The position numbers and the translations under genes were made by a program. Of a stretch of DNA of 64,000 nt, positions 1-10,043 are shown piece after piece (positions within the stretch are counted from its first letter, which is position 1; each line of letters starts with the position of its first letter). The notes under the pieces are model-generated. The model ran no database searches, was not told the DNA's origin, and was given only the letters and a program-made list of their open reading frames with translations. Source of the stretch: Patescibacteria group bacterium. GTDB lineage: Bacteria; Patescibacteriota; JACPGU01. The stretch is taken from the NCBI GenBank assembly GCA_028718745.1, contig JAQULF010000001.1, forward strand, positions 111,078 to 175,077. Direction: 5' to 3'.

Positions 1-1448
1 TCAATCACTGTTTCAGCCGGATCAATTCGAACAACCTTGGCTTCAAATTTTACATCAGAACCATAAGCGTCCAGTGTGATCTCGGCTGAATTATCTATCT
101 TAATTTTGGAAATATCGGCTTCCGGTATATTAGCCTCCACGCCAAACTTCGCCTCGGTCATTACCGAGATAGCCGGCGCAGTCGCTCCTGCCATTTCTCC
201 CACTTTAATCTCTACTTTTGTTACTACGCCATTTACGGTCGAAGTAATAATTGATTTGGAATATTGAGCCGATGCTAATCCGAGCGATGCTTGCGCGCTT
301 CGGACTTGGGCTTGAGCGGAGGCAAGAGATGCTTCGGCTTGTTTGACAGCCGCTTCTTGGATTTGAACAGCTTCAGTAGTCGCGCCGGCTTTTTTGAGAT
401 TTAATTCTTGTTCAGCCAGAGAAACGGCGTTTTGCGCATTATTTATCAGGTTTTGGTTTGTTGAAGCTAAAGAATTTAGAGAACTTATTTTATTTGAAAT
501 TAAAGAAATTTGAGAATTAATCATCGATCTCTCGGTTGTAATTCCGGCTTTTTCGCTTGCAGAGAGAGACGCACTATTAAATGGAATAGCATCCAGAGTT
601 TGGCTGATTTTCATTAAAGCGCTGCTGGTATCACTAAGAGCCTTAACAACATTGGCTTCGGTTGGATTATTTTGCGCCGTGATAACCGAACCTCGGGCGC
701 CGCCTTTCATATCATTGATGTATTGAAAAATCCATCTTCCGCCATCTACCCCGCCAACCAGAGAATTTACCGCCGCCACTTTGCTTTCAGTTAAAGCATT
801 TGATTCTTGGTCATAGGCAACAAAGTGCGCATATTGAATGTCGGTGATCACATTAAGAGTATTAAGTCCCGAACTTATCGCGCTGCTGGCGCTATTGGCT
901 CCGTCAACCAAAGCTTGGGTGGTATCTGTTACTACCTTTGATTTTGTGCTTTCCAAGGCTTGTTTTGCATTATCTAGCTGCAATTGAGCCATTGCCAATT
1001 CTTCCGGTCGGGCGCCTTTTTTTAATTCTTCCAGTCGCGCTTTTTGTGATGCAACTCCCGCTTCATATTGCGCCACAGCTGATCTGGCTGAATCAACCCC
1101 TGCTGAAGCTTGAGCTACCGAAGAAGACATATCATTGTTTTTCAATAACGCCAAAGTTTGGCCGGATTTTACTTTGTCGCCAACTTTTACTTTAACGGAC
1201 GCCACTTTTCCGCCCATTTCAAAAGCGTAATCAAGCCCTTCGGCCGGTTTTACTTTTCCGGTCGCGGTTACTTCTTGTTCCACATTTCCTTTGGTAACAA
1301 TGAAGTATTCAAAATTCGGTTTTTGGTTTTTGGCGCTAACAATCTTGCCCCCGATTAAAAGGATAATAACTAACGCAAGAGTAGAGAGAACTACTAGTTT
1401 CTTTCTTTTTTTAATAAATTCTTTGAGATTTGAAAATTTGATTTTCAT
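1..1448 (-). CDS. Efflux RND/ABC transporter periplasmic adaptor (HlyD/MacA-like), 3' end runs off the window
   Basis: Not in the ORF track. ATG at 1448 reads MKIKFSNLKEFIKKKKLVVLSTLALVIILLIG...VTKGNVEQEVTATGKVKP...GGKVASVKVKVGDKVKSGQTLA: N-terminal TM, lipoyl half-motif, long Ala/Gln coiled coil, then SIITSTVNGVVTKVEIKVGE. Confidence 0.85.
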   Translation of the reverse strand, partial: MKIKFSNLKEFIKKRKKLVVLSTLALVIILLIGGKIVSAKNQKPNFEYFIVTKGNVEQEVTATGKVKPAEGLDYAFEMGGKVASVKVKVGDKVKSGQTLALLKNNDMSSSVAQASAGVDSARSAVAQYEAGVASQKARLEELKKGARPEELAMAQLQLDNAKQALESTKSKVVTDTTQALVDGANSASSAISSGLNTLNVITDIQYAHFVAYDQESNALTESKVAAVNSLVGGVDGGRWIFQYINDMKGGARGSVITAQNNPTEANVVKALSDTSSALMKISQTLDAIPFNSASLSASEKAGITTERSMINSQISLISNKISSLNSLASTNQNLINNAQNAVSLAEQELNLKKAGATTEAVQIQEAAVKQAEASLASAQAQVRSAQASLGLASAQYSKSIITSTVNGVVTKVEIKVGEMAGATAPAISVMTEAKFGVEANIPEADISKIKIDNSAEITLDAYGSDVKFEAKVVRIDPAETVI

Positions 1449-1615
1449 AGTTGAATGATTTAATGATTAAATGATTATATGTTTAAATGCTTAGATGATT
1501 ATATCCCTAAATCTGTTATTTGTCAATAAGTTAGTTATTTTAGCCAAAAAAAGACAAAACAAAAGCCGCAGGGTTAGCCGCGGCCTTTTTCCATTGTGTA
1601 CGAAGGAGCAAGAAA

Positions 1616-2107
1616 TCACCCCTTCATGAAATCAGGCTCTTCGGGGAGCGGGGGAAGCTTTGTGGCAACGAGAAGTAGAATGTCTCCCCTGATATGCGCC
1701 AGAAGCGGCATCAGAGAATCTAGGATGGCGGATCTTTGCTTCTTTGAAAGCCCCTTGAGGTTTCTCAGAAGATCCTCAACAAGGGCATCCGGGCTCTTCT
1801 GGATGTCGAGATGCGCTTCTCCCGAGAGCTGGCAGAGCTCGTCATAAAGCTTTTTAAGAAGCATTGAGTCGAGGGCAGCCTCTCTCAACATAACTGCTTT
1901 TTCGTACACATTGGCCATCGGTAAGAGTTCGGAAACCTGCTGGCAACCCGAGGTTTCCTTGCGAAGCTCCTCAAGACGGCGCCTGAAGTCGCCTATGGTT
2001 GCTTCAGAAAGAGACAACGCCTTTCTCTCTGCAATCTTGAGCTCCATTCTGGCAATATCTCTCGCCAGTTTCCATGCCTCTTTAATGTCAATGTCCATAT
2101 TGGACAC
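1616..2107 (-). CDS. Hypothetical helical protein (163 aa)
   Basis: Open frame with AGGAG-type RBS, an upstream TTGACC...TATAAA-like promoter and a downstream GC hairpin near 1563-1590. No recognised motif. Confidence 0.6.
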   Translation of the reverse strand: MSNMDIDIKEAWKLARDIARMELKIAERKALSLSEATIGDFRRRLEELRKETSGCQQVSELLPMANVYEKAVMLREAALDSMLLKKLYDELCQLSGEAHLDIQKSPDALVEDLLRNLKGLSKKQRSAILDSLMPLLAHIRGDILLLVATKLPPLPEEPDFMKG

Positions 2108-2210
2108 CTCCTTTCATAATTTACCACTATAGTATTTATAGCACAAAAAAAGAAAAGGGTCAAGAATTTTAGCTAAAATAAGCTTTTTTTATCTTTTATT
2201 CAAAAATCTC

Positions 2211-2238
2211 TTGACAGGGTTTAAAATATGAGTAAAAT
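2211..2238 (+). promoter_or_regulatory. Sigma70-type promoter of the heat-shock operon
   Basis: TTGACA (2211-2216), 16 nt, TAAAAT (2233-2238), directly before the CIRCE element. Confidence 0.7.
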
Positions 2239-2246
2239 GGATAGTA

Positions 2247-2273
2247 TTAGCACTCGGTATAGGTGAGTGCCAG
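2247..2273 (+). promoter_or_regulatory. CIRCE operator (HrcA binding site)
   Basis: TTAGCACTC-GGTATAGGT-GAGTGCCAG versus consensus TTAGCACTC-N9-GAGTGCTAA, upstream of hrcA. Confidence 0.93.
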
Positions 2274-2338
2274 ATATATCAATAACACCCTTACGGGTGT
2301 CAATCCAAATTCGGAATGACAGCCGTGAGGCTGTCAAA

Positions 2339-3025
2339 ATGTTCACCCGCAAAAACAACATCCTACAATCCATCATTGAGGAATACATCACCACCGGTGA
2401 ACCGGTTGGTTCAAAAGGCTTGAGCGGATTTTTCGGTTTCTCCTCGGCAACGATCCGATCCGAGATGGTAAGGTTGGAAAAAGAAGGCCTGATCTACCAG
2501 CCGCACACCTCTGCCGGCCGCATCCCAACCGAAAAAGGATTGCGAGAATATGTTGATAGTTTGAAAGTTGATCTTACAAAAATTAACAAAGACGATATTA
2601 AAAGATTCGCCGAGAAGAAAGGCATGGATAAAGTTTTGAAAGTAATATCGTCCATCGCCGGCGGAAATACCGCTTTTTACATCACGCCAAAATCAATCCG
2701 CTATTATGGACTGTCTGAAACTTTAAAACAGAAAGAATTTGATGATAAAGAAAAAGTTGTGCGATTTGCCAAAGTGATTGATAACCTTCCCGATTTCGTA
2801 CAATTACTGGAATTTGATGAGGGATCGCCGCTTAAAGTATATATAGGAAAAGAAAATGTTTACAAATTCGCGCAAGATTTCGCCACCGTCGCAGTGTATT
2901 TCCCATTCGGAAAAGAACTCTGCGTCCTCGGCGTATTGGGCCCAGTAAGAATGCCTTATCGCAAGATTATTCCGTATCTACTTTCTACAGCAGAGAATTT
3001 CCGTAATAAAAAACTTATAAAATAG
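2339..3025 (+). CDS. hrcA: Heat-inducible transcription repressor HrcA (short form)
   Basis: [19 protein letters not shown]...SSATIRSEM...[14 protein letters not shown] and C-terminal [10 protein letters not shown]. Start set at ATG 2339 because the track start (2267) lies inside CIRCE. Confidence 0.93.
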   Translation: MFTRKNNILQSIIEEYITTGEPVGSKGLSGFFGFSSATIRSEMVRLEKEGLIYQPHTSAGRIPTEKGLREYVDSLKVDLTKINKDDIKRFAEKKGMDKVLKVISSIAGGNTAFYITPKSIRYYGLSETLKQKEFDDKEKVVRFAKVIDNLPDFVQLLEFDEGSPLKVYIGKENVYKFAQDFATVAVYFPFGKELCVLGVLGPVRMPYRKIIPYLLSTAENFRNKKLIK

Positions 3026-3031
3026 AATCCC

Positions 3032-3088
3032 GTAGGGGCGCAATTCATTGCGCCCGACAGGAAGGGCGCGATAAATCGACGCCCCTAC
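3032..3088. repeat. GTAG-family REP doublet (REPIN-like)
   Basis: GTAGGGGCGCAATTCATTGCGCCC...GGGCGCGATAAATCGACGCCCCTAC: two inverted GTAG-ended palindromes. Confidence 0.8.
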
Positions 3089-3106
3089 AAATGCAAGGAG
3101 AAAATC

Positions 3107-3580
3107 ATGGTAAAAAAACAACCCAAAATCAATATTGAAGAAATTTTACAAGAGCGCGACGCCAACCTCGCCGGTTGGAAACGATCGTTAGCCGACTTTG
3201 AAAATTTCAAGAAACAATTTGAGAAAGAAAAAGAAACCCTTATTCATTACATGAAAGCTGACGCGATATCAAAACTTTTACCCATCATGGCAAATTGGGA
3301 AGTCGCAATGAAAAACATTCCGGAAGACCAAAAAGACAGCGAATGGATCAAAGGAATCATGGCAATCAAAAACCAATTAGACGAATTCTTTCAAAAAGAA
3401 GGTTTAGAAAAAGTAAAAACAGTCGGCGAGAAATTCAATCCCAATATCCACGAAGCGATGCTGGAAGAAGAATCCGACCAACCCGACGGCACAATCCTTG
3501 AAGAATTCGAACCTGGATATCGGATCGGAGAAAGAGTTATCAAATATCCGAAAGTGAAAGTTAGCAAAAGGAGGAATTAA
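3107..3580 (+). CDS. grpE: Nucleotide exchange factor GrpE
   Basis: RSLADFENFKK, GEKFNPNIHEAM and GYRIGERVIKYPKVKV motifs; lies between hrcA and dnaK. Confidence 0.95.
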   Translation: MVKKQPKINIEEILQERDANLAGWKRSLADFENFKKQFEKEKETLIHYMKADAISKLLPIMANWEVAMKNIPEDQKDSEWIKGIMAIKNQLDEFFQKEGLEKVKTVGEKFNPNIHEAMLEEESDQPDGTILEEFEPGYRIGERVIKYPKVKVSKRRN

Positions 3581-3585
3581 GAATC

Positions 3586-3879
3586 ATGAATTATGAATCA
3601 AGAAGTAACAAAATATTTGCAGATGCATTGGGAGTATATAGCGAAGGTATAAAATGGATTGTTCTGCCAGCATTCATGACCGGAACCATGTTGCTTTCAG
3701 CCGGATGCGACTCAAATCAAAAAAGTTGTTTTGCGTTACCAACAAATAATCCATTACCAATAATCCGAATAATAGATCAGCCAAGTAGTGGTTTAGCATC
3801 AGAAACACAATACCCAATATTTGTAGCAGTAAATAATTCAGCCACGACCACTTCTTCTGGTTCAATATCAATAAAATAA
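3586..3879 (+). CDS. Small hypothetical protein, possible lipoprotein
   Basis: Tightly spaced in the operon; hydrophobic stretch ending LLSAGC. Confidence 0.45.
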   Translation: MNYESRSNKIFADALGVYSEGIKWIVLPAFMTGTMLLSAGCDSNQKSCFALPTNNPLPIIRIIDQPSSGLASETQYPIFVAVNNSATTTSSGSISIK

Positions 3880-3883
3880 AAAT

Positions 3884-4432
3884 GTGATAAAAATAATATT
3901 TGAGCCACACGGCACAACCACCGATAACGAAAAACATTTAGCTTCTGGATTGTATGATGTTGAACTGTCGGAACTTGGCGTTCAACAAGCAAAAGAGCTA
4001 GGCGAAAGACATAAGGACGAAGAATTTGACGCCATCTTCTGTTCAGACCTTCAAAGATCCTATAAGACAGCAGAAATAGCATTTGGGAACAAATATCCGA
4101 TTATTAGAGATAAAAGGCTAAACGAGTGTGATTATGGAGACCTAACACAACATCCGAGCGGCGAAGTTGATGCCGAAAAGATAAAAAGAGTTAACGAACC
4201 CTTCCCGAACGGTGAAAGCTATAAACAAGCATCAGAAAGAATGAGAAATTTTTTGGAGGATTTATTAAAAGAATACGATGAAAAAAGAATCATGATTATT
4301 GGACACCGAGCAACCCAATACGGATTAGAAAGATGGATAAATGGCGTAACAATAGAAGACAGTGTCCGCAATCACGAAAATTGGAAATGGCAACCAGGAT
4401 GGACATATGAATTGAAAGAAATTAAAAATTAA
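3884..4432 (+). CDS. Histidine phosphatase family protein
   Basis: PHGTTTDN (variant RHG), FCSDLQRSYKTA, LNECDYGD, PNGES, MIIGH motifs. Confidence 0.85.
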   Translation: MIKIIFEPHGTTTDNEKHLASGLYDVELSELGVQQAKELGERHKDEEFDAIFCSDLQRSYKTAEIAFGNKYPIIRDKRLNECDYGDLTQHPSGEVDAEKIKRVNEPFPNGESYKQASERMRNFLEDLLKEYDEKRIMIIGHRATQYGLERWINGVTIEDSVRNHENWKWQPGWTYELKEIKN

Positions 4433-4503
4433 AACATTATTTAAAAAATTCAAAAATTATAAAATTAAGAATTTTAACCAATTATTAAGAAAGGAGAAAA
4501 AAT

Positions 4504-6408
4504 ATGAGTAAAATTATCGGAATTGACCTTGGAACCACCAACTCAGCTGTTGCTGTAATGCGTGGAGGCAAGGCGGAAATTATCACCAACGCAGAAGGAA
4601 ATCGCACCACGCCTTCTATCGTTGCGGTTACCAAAACTGGTGAAAGATTAGTGGGGCAAGTTGCAAAAAGACAGGCCGTCACCAATAGTGACAACACTGT
4701 TTTTTCTGTAAAAAGATTTATCGGTCGCGCATACGGCGACAAAGAAACCCAGAAAGATATCAAAGCGATGCCTTACCAAATCGTGAAAGGCAAAAACGAC
4801 GCAGTAGAAGTAAAAATGGGCGACAAAGCTTATAGCGCTCCGGAAATCTCGGCGATGGTTCTTGGCAAATTAAAAGCTGACGCGGAAGCGTTTCTTGGCG
4901 AAAAAGTAACCGAAGCGGTCATTACCGTTCCGGCGTATTTTAACGATGCGCAAAGACAGGCAACCAAAGATGCGGGTAAAATCGCCGGATTGGATGTGAA
5001 AAGAATTATCAACGAACCGACCGCTGCCGCCCTAGCTTATGGTTTGGATAAGAAGAAAAATGAGCAAATCGCTGTTTACGATCTAGGCGGTGGAACATTT
5101 GATATTTCAATTTTGGAAATTGGAGATGGAGTATTTGAAGTGAAGAGTACTAATGGCGATACGCATCTTGGTGGTGATGATTTTGACCAAAAGATAATTG
5201 AATGGCTAACCGCAGAATTTAAGAAAAGCGAAGGAGTGGATTTATCCAAAGATAAAATGGCTTTGCAAAGATTAAAAGTTGAAGTGGAAAAAGCAAAACA
5301 CGAATTATCTTCTTCTATGGAAACCGATGTGAATATCCCATTTGTTACCGCTGACGAATCCGGACCAAAACATCTCAATATCAAATTGACTCGCGCGAAA
5401 CTGGAAGAATTGGTTGGCGACCTGATTGAAGCGACGATCAAACCATGTGAAAAAGCTTTGAAAGATGCTGGTTTGAAAGCCTCTGACATTGATGAAGTAA
5501 TCATGGTTGGCGGTATGACCAGAATGCCAAAAGTTGTTGAAACCGTAAAGAAATTCTTCGGCAAAGATCCGCATCAAGGCGTAAACCCTGACGAAGTGGT
5601 AGCTATCGGCGCTGCGATCCAAGGCGGAGTTCTGGGTGGAGATGTTAAAGATGTATTATTACTCGATGTAACTCCTCTATCACTTGGAATTGAAACCCTT
5701 GGTGGTGTATCCACAAAATTAATTGAAAGAAATACGACTGTTCCAACTAGCAAATCTCAAGTATTTTCAACTGCCGCTGACAATCAGCCATCGGTAGAAA
5801 TAAATATCTTGCAAGGTGAAAGAGAATTTGCCGCTGATAATAAATCTTTAGGCAGATTTATTTTGGAAGGATTATTGCCGGCGCCTCGCGGAGTTCCGCA
5901 AGTTGAAGTATCTTTTGATATTGATGCAAACGGAATTCTAAATGTGAAAGCGGTTGATAAAGGAACCGGTAAAGAACAGAAGATCACCATCACCGGAAGT
6001 TCCGGTTTAAGTAAGGAAGATGTTGAAAAAATGGCAAAGGATGCCGAGCTTCACGCCGAGGAAGATAAGAAAAAGAAAGAAACTATTGAGATAAAAAATA
6101 TGGCCGAAAATATGATCTATCAAACTGAAAAAACTATCCGAGATAACGCTGATAAGATCGATGAAGCTACTAAGAAAGATGTTGAAGAAAAAATCGAAGC
6201 GCTTAAGAAATTAAAAGATTCTGAAGATATCGAAGAGATTAAGAAGAAAACAGATGAGCTAATGCAAGCTGCGCAAAAAATCGGGGAACAGGTATATAAA
6301 GCTTCTCAAGAGCAGGCAAAGCCAGAAGGCGAACCGGCTACTAAAGAAAAGACCGAAAACAAAAAACCGGATGAGCCGGTTGAGGGAGAATACCAAGAAG
6401 GAAAATAG
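4504..6408 (+). CDS. dnaK: Chaperone DnaK (Hsp70)
   Basis: [28 protein letters not shown] and [11 protein letters not shown] motifs. Confidence 0.99.
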   Translation: MSKIIGIDLGTTNSAVAVMRGGKAEIITNAEGNRTTPSIVAVTKTGERLVGQVAKRQAVTNSDNTVFSVKRFIGRAYGDKETQKDIKAMPYQIVKGKNDAVEVKMGDKAYSAPEISAMVLGKLKADAEAFLGEKVTEAVITVPAYFNDAQRQATKDAGKIAGLDVKRIINEPTAAALAYGLDKKKNEQIAVYDLGGGTFDISILEIGDGVFEVKSTNGDTHLGGDDFDQKIIEWLTAEFKKSEGVDLSKDKMALQRLKVEVEKAKHELSSSMETDVNIPFVTADESGPKHLNIKLTRAKLEELVGDLIEATIKPCEKALKDAGLKASDIDEVIMVGGMTRMPKVVETVKKFFGKDPHQGVNPDEVVAIGAAIQGGVLGGDVKDVLLLDVTPLSLGIETLGGVSTKLIERNTTVPTSKSQVFSTAADNQPSVEINILQGEREFAADNKSLGRFILEGLLPAPRGVPQVEVSFDIDANGILNVKAVDKGTGKEQKITITGSSGLSKEDVEKMAKDAELHAEEDKKKKETIEIKNMAENMIYQTEKTIRDNADKIDEATKKDVEEKIEALKKLKDSEDIEEIKKKTDELMQAAQKIGEQVYKASQEQAKPEGEPATKEKTENKKPDEPVEGEYQEGK

Positions 6409-6486
6409 CTCTTTTAGCTTCATTAGCTTCGTTAGCTTATTAGGATGAGTTCTAAAAGCTAACGAAGCTAAAAGCTAAGGAAGCTT
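6406..6486. repeat. Inverted array of TTAGCTTCN / NAAGCTAA units
   Basis: TAGCTCTTTTAGCTTCATTAGCTTCGTTAGCTT...AAGCTAACGAAGCTAAAAGCTAAGGAAGCT; single arms of the same family at 38390-38427 and 57884-57904. Confidence 0.75.
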
Positions 6487-6589
6487 TCTACTTGCACCTT
6501 TTTAACTTATGTTCTAAAATCTAAGCAAGCCTCGCTAAAGGCAGGTAAACCCCGCCTTGGCGGGGTAAATATAAATAAAAACAAAAAAT

Positions 6590-7261
6590 ATGAACAGAAG
6601 AACACTGATCATAGCGGGAGCATTGATAGTTCTTGCTATAATACTTTTGCTACTGCCTAGCCTATTAAAAAAACCGGCCGGCACTACCCCGACCAATAAT
6701 ACTGCTCAAACCCAGCCGGTCACCACCAATGTAGCCGCTTTCCCGCTGGACACTGCAAAAGTAAGTACCTTATCTGCCCAAGCGCAAAAAGAATTCGACT
6801 TTGCTTTTACGAAAGCCAAGGAATGGAGAAATGATGTTGCGCCGGCAGCCGTGATAGTAAAATATACCGGTTCCATCGATGATAAAAACGGCAAAAACAC
6901 TTATGCTTTTGTTTCGCCATCTTTGAGCCAATTTTACTTCACGCTTACTTTTGATCAAGCTGTAAATGCTAGCGGAGAAAATAATTTCCAAAGAATTCTT
7001 TATTTTAAAGAAGACTATTTCTTACCAGCCAATACCGCTGTCATGCCAATAAACTATTGGAAATTAAATTATCTGGACGCGCTTAAAAAGGCCGATGACC
7101 TAGGAGGTAAAAACATCCGAACCGACAACAAAAATTACGATGTTAATCTGGTTCTATCGGCTCAAACCGGCGCTTATCTCATGTGGGATGTAGAGTACTT
7201 GGTGAATGGGACAAAAATGTTTTCCGTATCCATCAATGCGTATGATGGAACGGTGAAGTAG
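6590..7261 (+). CDS. Membrane-anchored hypothetical protein (PepSY-like C-terminus possible)
   Basis: N-terminal TM, Pro/Thr linker, ends VSINAYDGTVK. Confidence 0.7.
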   Translation: MNRRTLIIAGALIVLAIILLLLPSLLKKPAGTTPTNNTAQTQPVTTNVAAFPLDTAKVSTLSAQAQKEFDFAFTKAKEWRNDVAPAAVIVKYTGSIDDKNGKNTYAFVSPSLSQFYFTLTFDQAVNASGENNFQRILYFKEDYFLPANTAVMPINYWKLNYLDALKKADDLGGKNIRTDNKNYDVNLVLSAQTGAYLMWDVEYLVNGTKMFSVSINAYDGTVK

Positions 7262-7334
7262 ACAAGAAAACAATAAATCAAAAAAGCAAGAAAACAAAAG
7301 AGTGGGCAACCACTTTTTTGGATTAAGCTCTAAT

Positions 7335-7463
7335 TGTCATTCCCGAACACTGTTGTACTCAACAGTAAGTCGGGAATCCAGTACCAAAATACGATATAGT
7401 ATTCTTATTGAATTGGATCCCCGATTTTCTGTCCGAGTACGGAGCAGAAGCTCGGGGATGACA
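7335..7463. repeat. GTCATTCCCG...GGGAATCCA / TGGATCCCCG...GGGGATGAC palindromic repeat element
   Basis: Terminal inverted repeats TGTCATTCCCGA...TCGGGGATGACA, each arm carrying a nested hairpin. Confidence 0.75.
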
Positions 7464-7474
7464 GCCTAAAAACT

Positions 7475-8571
7475 ATGAGTAAAGACTACTACAAAACACT
7501 TGGCATCTCAAAGTCGGCTTCCGCCGATCAGATTAAGTCTGCCTACAAAAAGCTCGCGGTCAAATATCATCCCGATGTGAATAAGGATGCGGGAGCCGAA
7601 GCGAAATTTAAAGAAATCAACGAAGCCTACCAAGTACTTTCTGACCCGCAAAAAAAATCTAACTATGATCAATTCGGCTCCGCCGACATGGGCAATATGG
7701 GGGGAGCCGGCGGATTCGGTGGCGGACAAGGATTCGGCGGATTCGATTTCTCCGGATTTTCCAGCGGTGGACAGGCGGATTTGAGGACATCGATGACATT
7801 TTTGATGTTTTTTTTGGCGGAGGAAGAGGATCCGCCAGCCGGCGGAGAAAAGAAAATCGCGGCCGTGATGTTGAGATTTTAATTGAACTGGATTTTAAAG
7901 ATGCCATATTTGGAACTGAAAAAGATATTGCTTATTCGGTCATGAGTAGGTGTCCTGAATGCATGGGAGCCGGCGGAACTAATTTGAAAAAATGTTCACA
8001 GTGCGGGGGAACCGGACAAATTACCAAAGCCCAAAGAACAATTCTGGGATCTTTCGCGCAAACTGTCATTTGCCCAAATTGCAAAGGCCATGGCGAAGTA
8101 CCGGAAAACATTTGTAGAAAATGCGGAGGAACCGGAACATCTCGTCAAACCAAAGATATTAAAGTAAAAATCCCTGCCGGAGTAAATGACGGCTCCTCAA
8201 TCCGAGTTGCCGGCGGAGGCGAAGTCGGAGAAGATGGAGAAGGTGATTTATATTTGCGGATCAAAGTAAAACCTGCCAAAGAATTTAATCGGGAAGGACA
8301 AGATATTTTTAGCGAAAAAGAAATTTCTTTTTCTCAAGCCGCTCTTGGAGATAGAGTAAAAATCGAAACAGTCGATGGTTCTATTGATTTGAATATCCCA
8401 GCCGGAACTGCTAGCCATACTCAATTTCGTTTGCGCGGAAAAGGTGTTCCATATCCAAACAATCCTCGCCAACGGGGCGATCACCTCGTCACAATAAAAA
8501 TCCGTGTGCCAAAAAAATTGTCGAGGGAGGAGAGAGAGATGCTGGAGAAACTGAAAAATATAAATCCCTAA
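7475..8571 (+). CDS. dnaJ: Chaperone DnaJ, split by a single-base frameshift near 7774 (probable sequencing error)
   Basis: J-domain with HPD and G/F region in 7475-7882; CxxCxGxG repeats and C-terminal domain in 7942-8571. Adding one G at CAGG (7772-7775) restores [17 protein letters not shown] and fuses the frames. Confidence 0.92.
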
Positions 8572-8686
8572 TTTCTAATTGACCTAATTTCTAAACAAAT
8601 TGCAAACATCAATGATCCAATATTAGAAATTGGGATTTTGACATTGGTCATTTTTTAGAAATTAGAAATTATGATTTAGAAATTTT
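8562..8686. repeat. Inverted heptamer array (TAATTTC / TAGAAAT)
   Basis: CCCTAATTTCTAATTGACCTAATTTCTAA...TTAGAAATTGGG...TTAGAAATTAGAAATT...TTAGAAATT. Confidence 0.7.
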
Positions 8687-8754
8687 CTGCGACCACTTGA
8701 CAGCAAATCTCAAAATAGTATGATGAGTTTAATAAAATAAATAAAAACAAATTT

Positions 8755-9276
8755 ATGTCTCCTACTTGGGATCTGTTTATAATTATCTTTTTTATAATTG
8801 CTATTGTTTTTGGTATTGCGATGGGGCGAGAACGATCCATGGTGGGACTTATCGCGGCCTATATCGGTTTGGTGGTTTCAAATATCGGTGGTAACGCTCT
8901 TTACGCCGCGCTTGGCGGACAGGCTTCAGCGCAATTGGGAAGCACCATTTCTTTGACAGCCACTACCTCACCCTTCTTTATCAAAGCCGGCATATTTGTT
9001 TTAATTTTGGTTCTGTTAATTATAAAAGGCGACTTCTTGAAGCGCGCTGTTACTTCTCATGCCGGAGTCGGATCAATCATTGCCAGCGGACTTTACAGCT
9101 TTCTTAATGCTGGGATAATTATCACAGCTCTAGTTTCATTTCTTTCTGATTCGCAAAGAACTGATCTATTAACCCAATCAAGCTACATTAACCTTATCCA
9201 ACAATACCAAGTTTGGTGGATGGTCTTGCCGGTAATCCTTATGATTATTTTAGGATTTAAGGAAAAAGAGGAATAA
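8755..9276 (+). CDS. Multi-pass membrane protein (CvpA-like topology)
   Basis: About five hydrophobic segments; upstream TTGACA...TATGAT promoter. Confidence 0.7.
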   Translation: MSPTWDLFIIIFFIIAIVFGIAMGRERSMVGLIAAYIGLVVSNIGGNALYAALGGQASAQLGSTISLTATTSPFFIKAGIFVLILVLLIIKGDFLKRAVTSHAGVGSIIASGLYSFLNAGIIITALVSFLSDSQRTDLLTQSSYINLIQQYQVWWMVLPVILMIILGFKEKEE

Positions 9277-9298
9277 AGATAAAAACAAAAAGAAATCA

Positions 9299-9328
9299 AA
9301 AAACACTCACTGAAAGGTGGGTGTTTTT
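9299..9328. terminator. Bidirectional intrinsic terminator
   Basis: AAAAACACTCAC-TGAAAG-GTGGGTGTTTTT between convergent genes. Confidence 0.65.
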
Positions 9329-9746
9329 ATTTAAGCTGCCTCTTAATAATCTCAAGTATTGCAGGATTGATAAAATTTTCCGGAAACTTATCGTTGCCAA
9401 ACCACCTCCATTCGGAAAACTTTTTTGGTTCAACTAATTGTTCTTCCTGACTTGTCTGGCATAAAAATATCCGCACTTTATCTCCCGCCTTTGCACCTGA
9501 AACTTCACCTAAATACTCAAGAACTTCTAAATCATTGATCCCCGTTTCTTCCTCCGCTTCACGACGAAGTGTGACTTCTACCGTTTCGCCAACCTCACAT
9601 CTCCCACCCGGTATTGTCCAAACCGAAACCTCTTTCCAATCACCTGGACCATAATGTCTTAGCCCCATCAAAACTTTACCGTTTTTAACAATAACAGCTA
9701 CGGGACAGGTTGATGTGTCGCCAACTTTTGAGAGTTCTTTGTCCAT
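9327..9746 (-). CDS. NUDIX hydrolase
   Basis: Nudix box PGGRCEVGETVEVTLRREAEEETGI. Confidence 0.92.
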   Translation of the reverse strand: MDKELSKVGDTSTCPVAVIVKNGKVLMGLRHYGPGDWKEVSVWTIPGGRCEVGETVEVTLRREAEEETGINDLEVLEYLGEVSGAKAGDKVRIFLCQTSQEEQLVEPKKFSEWRWFGNDKFPENFINPAILEIIKRQLK

Positions 9747-9761
9747 AATCTTAAATAAAAG

Positions 9762-9835
9762 TAGGCCCGGAGGGACTCGAACCCTCGACCCTCTGCTTAA
9801 AAGGCAGATGCTCTAACCAACTGAGCTACGGGCCT
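9762..9835 (-). tRNA. tRNA-Lys (anticodon TTT), CCA not encoded
   Basis: Reverse complement AGGCCCGTAGCTCAGTTGGTTAGAGCATCTGC-CTTTTAA-GCAGAGGGTCGAGGGTTCGAGTCCCTCCGGGCCTA folds as a cloverleaf with a GTTCGA T-loop. Confidence 0.96.
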
Positions 9836-10043
9836 TCGTCGCAGTTCGCTTCATGCTCTCCATAAAAATTTCTTTGAAATTTTTCTTACGAGTATTCCGC
9901 AACTGCTCCTCTTACGAAAAAATCCGATTACATATTTCGGTATAGATTTTTTCGTTTGCTTTTTGTTTTTTAATTTTATCACAAACCGTCTATATTTTCA
10001 AGAAAAAATAATATATAATTATTAAAATCACTAATCAAAAGTC

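Noticed and set aside
4485-5993. Antisense ORFs over dnaK, and similar shadow ORFs over dnaA, dnaN, virB4 and the giant gene
   Set aside because: Shadow frames of well-conserved genes with no independent motifs.
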